The translations under genes and the position numbers were made by a program. A stretch of DNA of 64,000 bases, taken from contig CATOCA020000003.1 of the NCBI GenBank assembly GCA_951406725.2, positions 1 to 64,000 on the forward strand, read 5' to 3'. This DNA is from Octopus vulgaris. Lineage: Eukaryota. Below are positions 62,820-64,000 of this stretch, piece by piece (within the stretch, counting starts at the first letter, position 1; every line of letters starts with the position of its first letter). The notes under the pieces were generated by a model, which had not been told where the DNA came from, searched no databases, and saw nothing but the letters and a program-made list of their open reading frames with translations.

Positions 62820-63280
62820 TCCCAAAAAGTCTGCTTCACCTCACTTCACCACATTCCATCACATCTCACTCTACACTGCCTCACTCAATTCCACTACACT
62901 CCATTCTATGCCACACACACACACTCCATTCTACCTCAGCCAACTTCATGCCACCTCACACATTACACAGTACCACTCCTATCCACCTACTCCACTCCAC
63001 TCTGCCATACTCAAACTCCACCCACTCTACCTCAATAAAGTCTACACCACTCCACCAGACTTACCTCCTCTCCACCTCAATAAGTTCTACTCAATTACAC
63101 CCCCTCCACTCACCCACTTCAATAAACTCCACTCTACTCCACCTCACTCCAACTCAAGCTCTACTCCACTCCACTGCAATAAACTCTACTCCACTGCAAT
63201 AAACTCTACTCCACCACATTCCACTGTACTCTCCTCCTCTCACTCCATCTCTAAAACCTCCACTCCACTCCATGTCAAAT
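62820..63280. repeat. Degenerate (CTCCA)n pentamer repeat
   Basis: Recurrent ACTCC/CTCCA units. Confidence 0.8.
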
Positions 63281-63689
63281 AGATTGTTATGTTATATCCT
63301 TTTTAAACAAATGAAATCAGAAGCTAACCCACAATCATCATAATCACTTGACGTCCACTTTTCCATGCTAGCATGGATCAGAAGAACTTTGTTGAGGAAG
63401 ATTTTCTATGACCAGAAGCTCTTCTGTTTCCTTGGAAGGAATTAGTGTGTTGAGTCAACAGTTTTGCAATATTCTTTTGGTAACTTACTAAGGTGGCAAA
63501 CTTGCAGAATCATTAGTCTGTCAGGCAAAATGCTATCTGTCCCTACATTCTGAGCTCAAATGCTGCCTTTAATCCTTTCAGAGTTGATAAATAAAGTACC
63601 AGTTGGACACTGAGGTCAATGTAATCGATGTAACTCCTACCCTGAAATTGCTGGCCTTGTGCCAAAATTTGAAACCAATATTTTGGTAA

Positions 63690-64000
63690 CTTATTTGTCA
63701 AGTTATAAAAAAAACAACCACCCAAGCATTCAAAGTAGAGGCCACCACGTTGCACAGTTTGAAGTCACCTCTCTGCCAGGTCTTTGATCTCATGCTGATA
63801 CCAGTTCTTATTCTTCAAGGAGCAGAAATTCTCCATTGAAGCTGTCATCTCCTCTTGGTTTGTTGGTTCCACCTCCTCTTGGTCTGTGAGCACAGGATGT
63901 GAGCCGTGGCGTCAATGGTTTGACCATCCAGAATGAACTTGTAATGAATGACACCCTCATCACCTTGTGTTTGAAATGCCCATGTTTGGCATCAAGTTCC
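63690..64000 (-). mobile_element. Mariner transposase remnant (C-terminus)
   Basis: NQEEMTASMENFCSLKNKNWYQHEIKDLAER*LQTVQRGGLYFE; upstream IHYKFILDGQTIDA. Confidence 0.7.

Overview
Eukaryotic (animal) genomic DNA, AT-rich and dense in microsatellites and transposons. The SINE, RTE, Dong/R4 and Penelope repertoire suggests a mollusc, most likely an octopus (inference). Most listed ORFs are microsatellite artefacts. One host gene is visible: two phase-compatible minus-strand exons (50677-50386, 49512-49188) of a HELGHTFDLAH zinc metallopeptidase (YIL108W/Metallopep-like). The rest is intron or intergenic repeat. The dominant structure is a ~19 kb (TA)n-scaffolded nest (19.4-38.8 kb) of young 5'-truncated retroelements: two Penelope-like elements (PLEs, one with ~1.07 kb inverted arms), a CR1/L2-group LINE, and RTE LINEs with a PHD finger inside the RT. 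PLE 3' termini carrying minimal hammerhead ribozymes bound the nest at both ends. Hand-folding gives 6-9 minimal type I hammerhead-like motifs with palindromic stem III and non-canonical cores (U3-A8, A6U in two copies, U4C). Also present: a 5S-rRNA-headed SINE-like chimera and tRNA SINEs sharing the LINE 3' stem-loop, Helitrons, hAT MITEs, mariner and Dong remnants, and TA-flanked palindromes. Coordinates were read by eye and may be off by a few bases.
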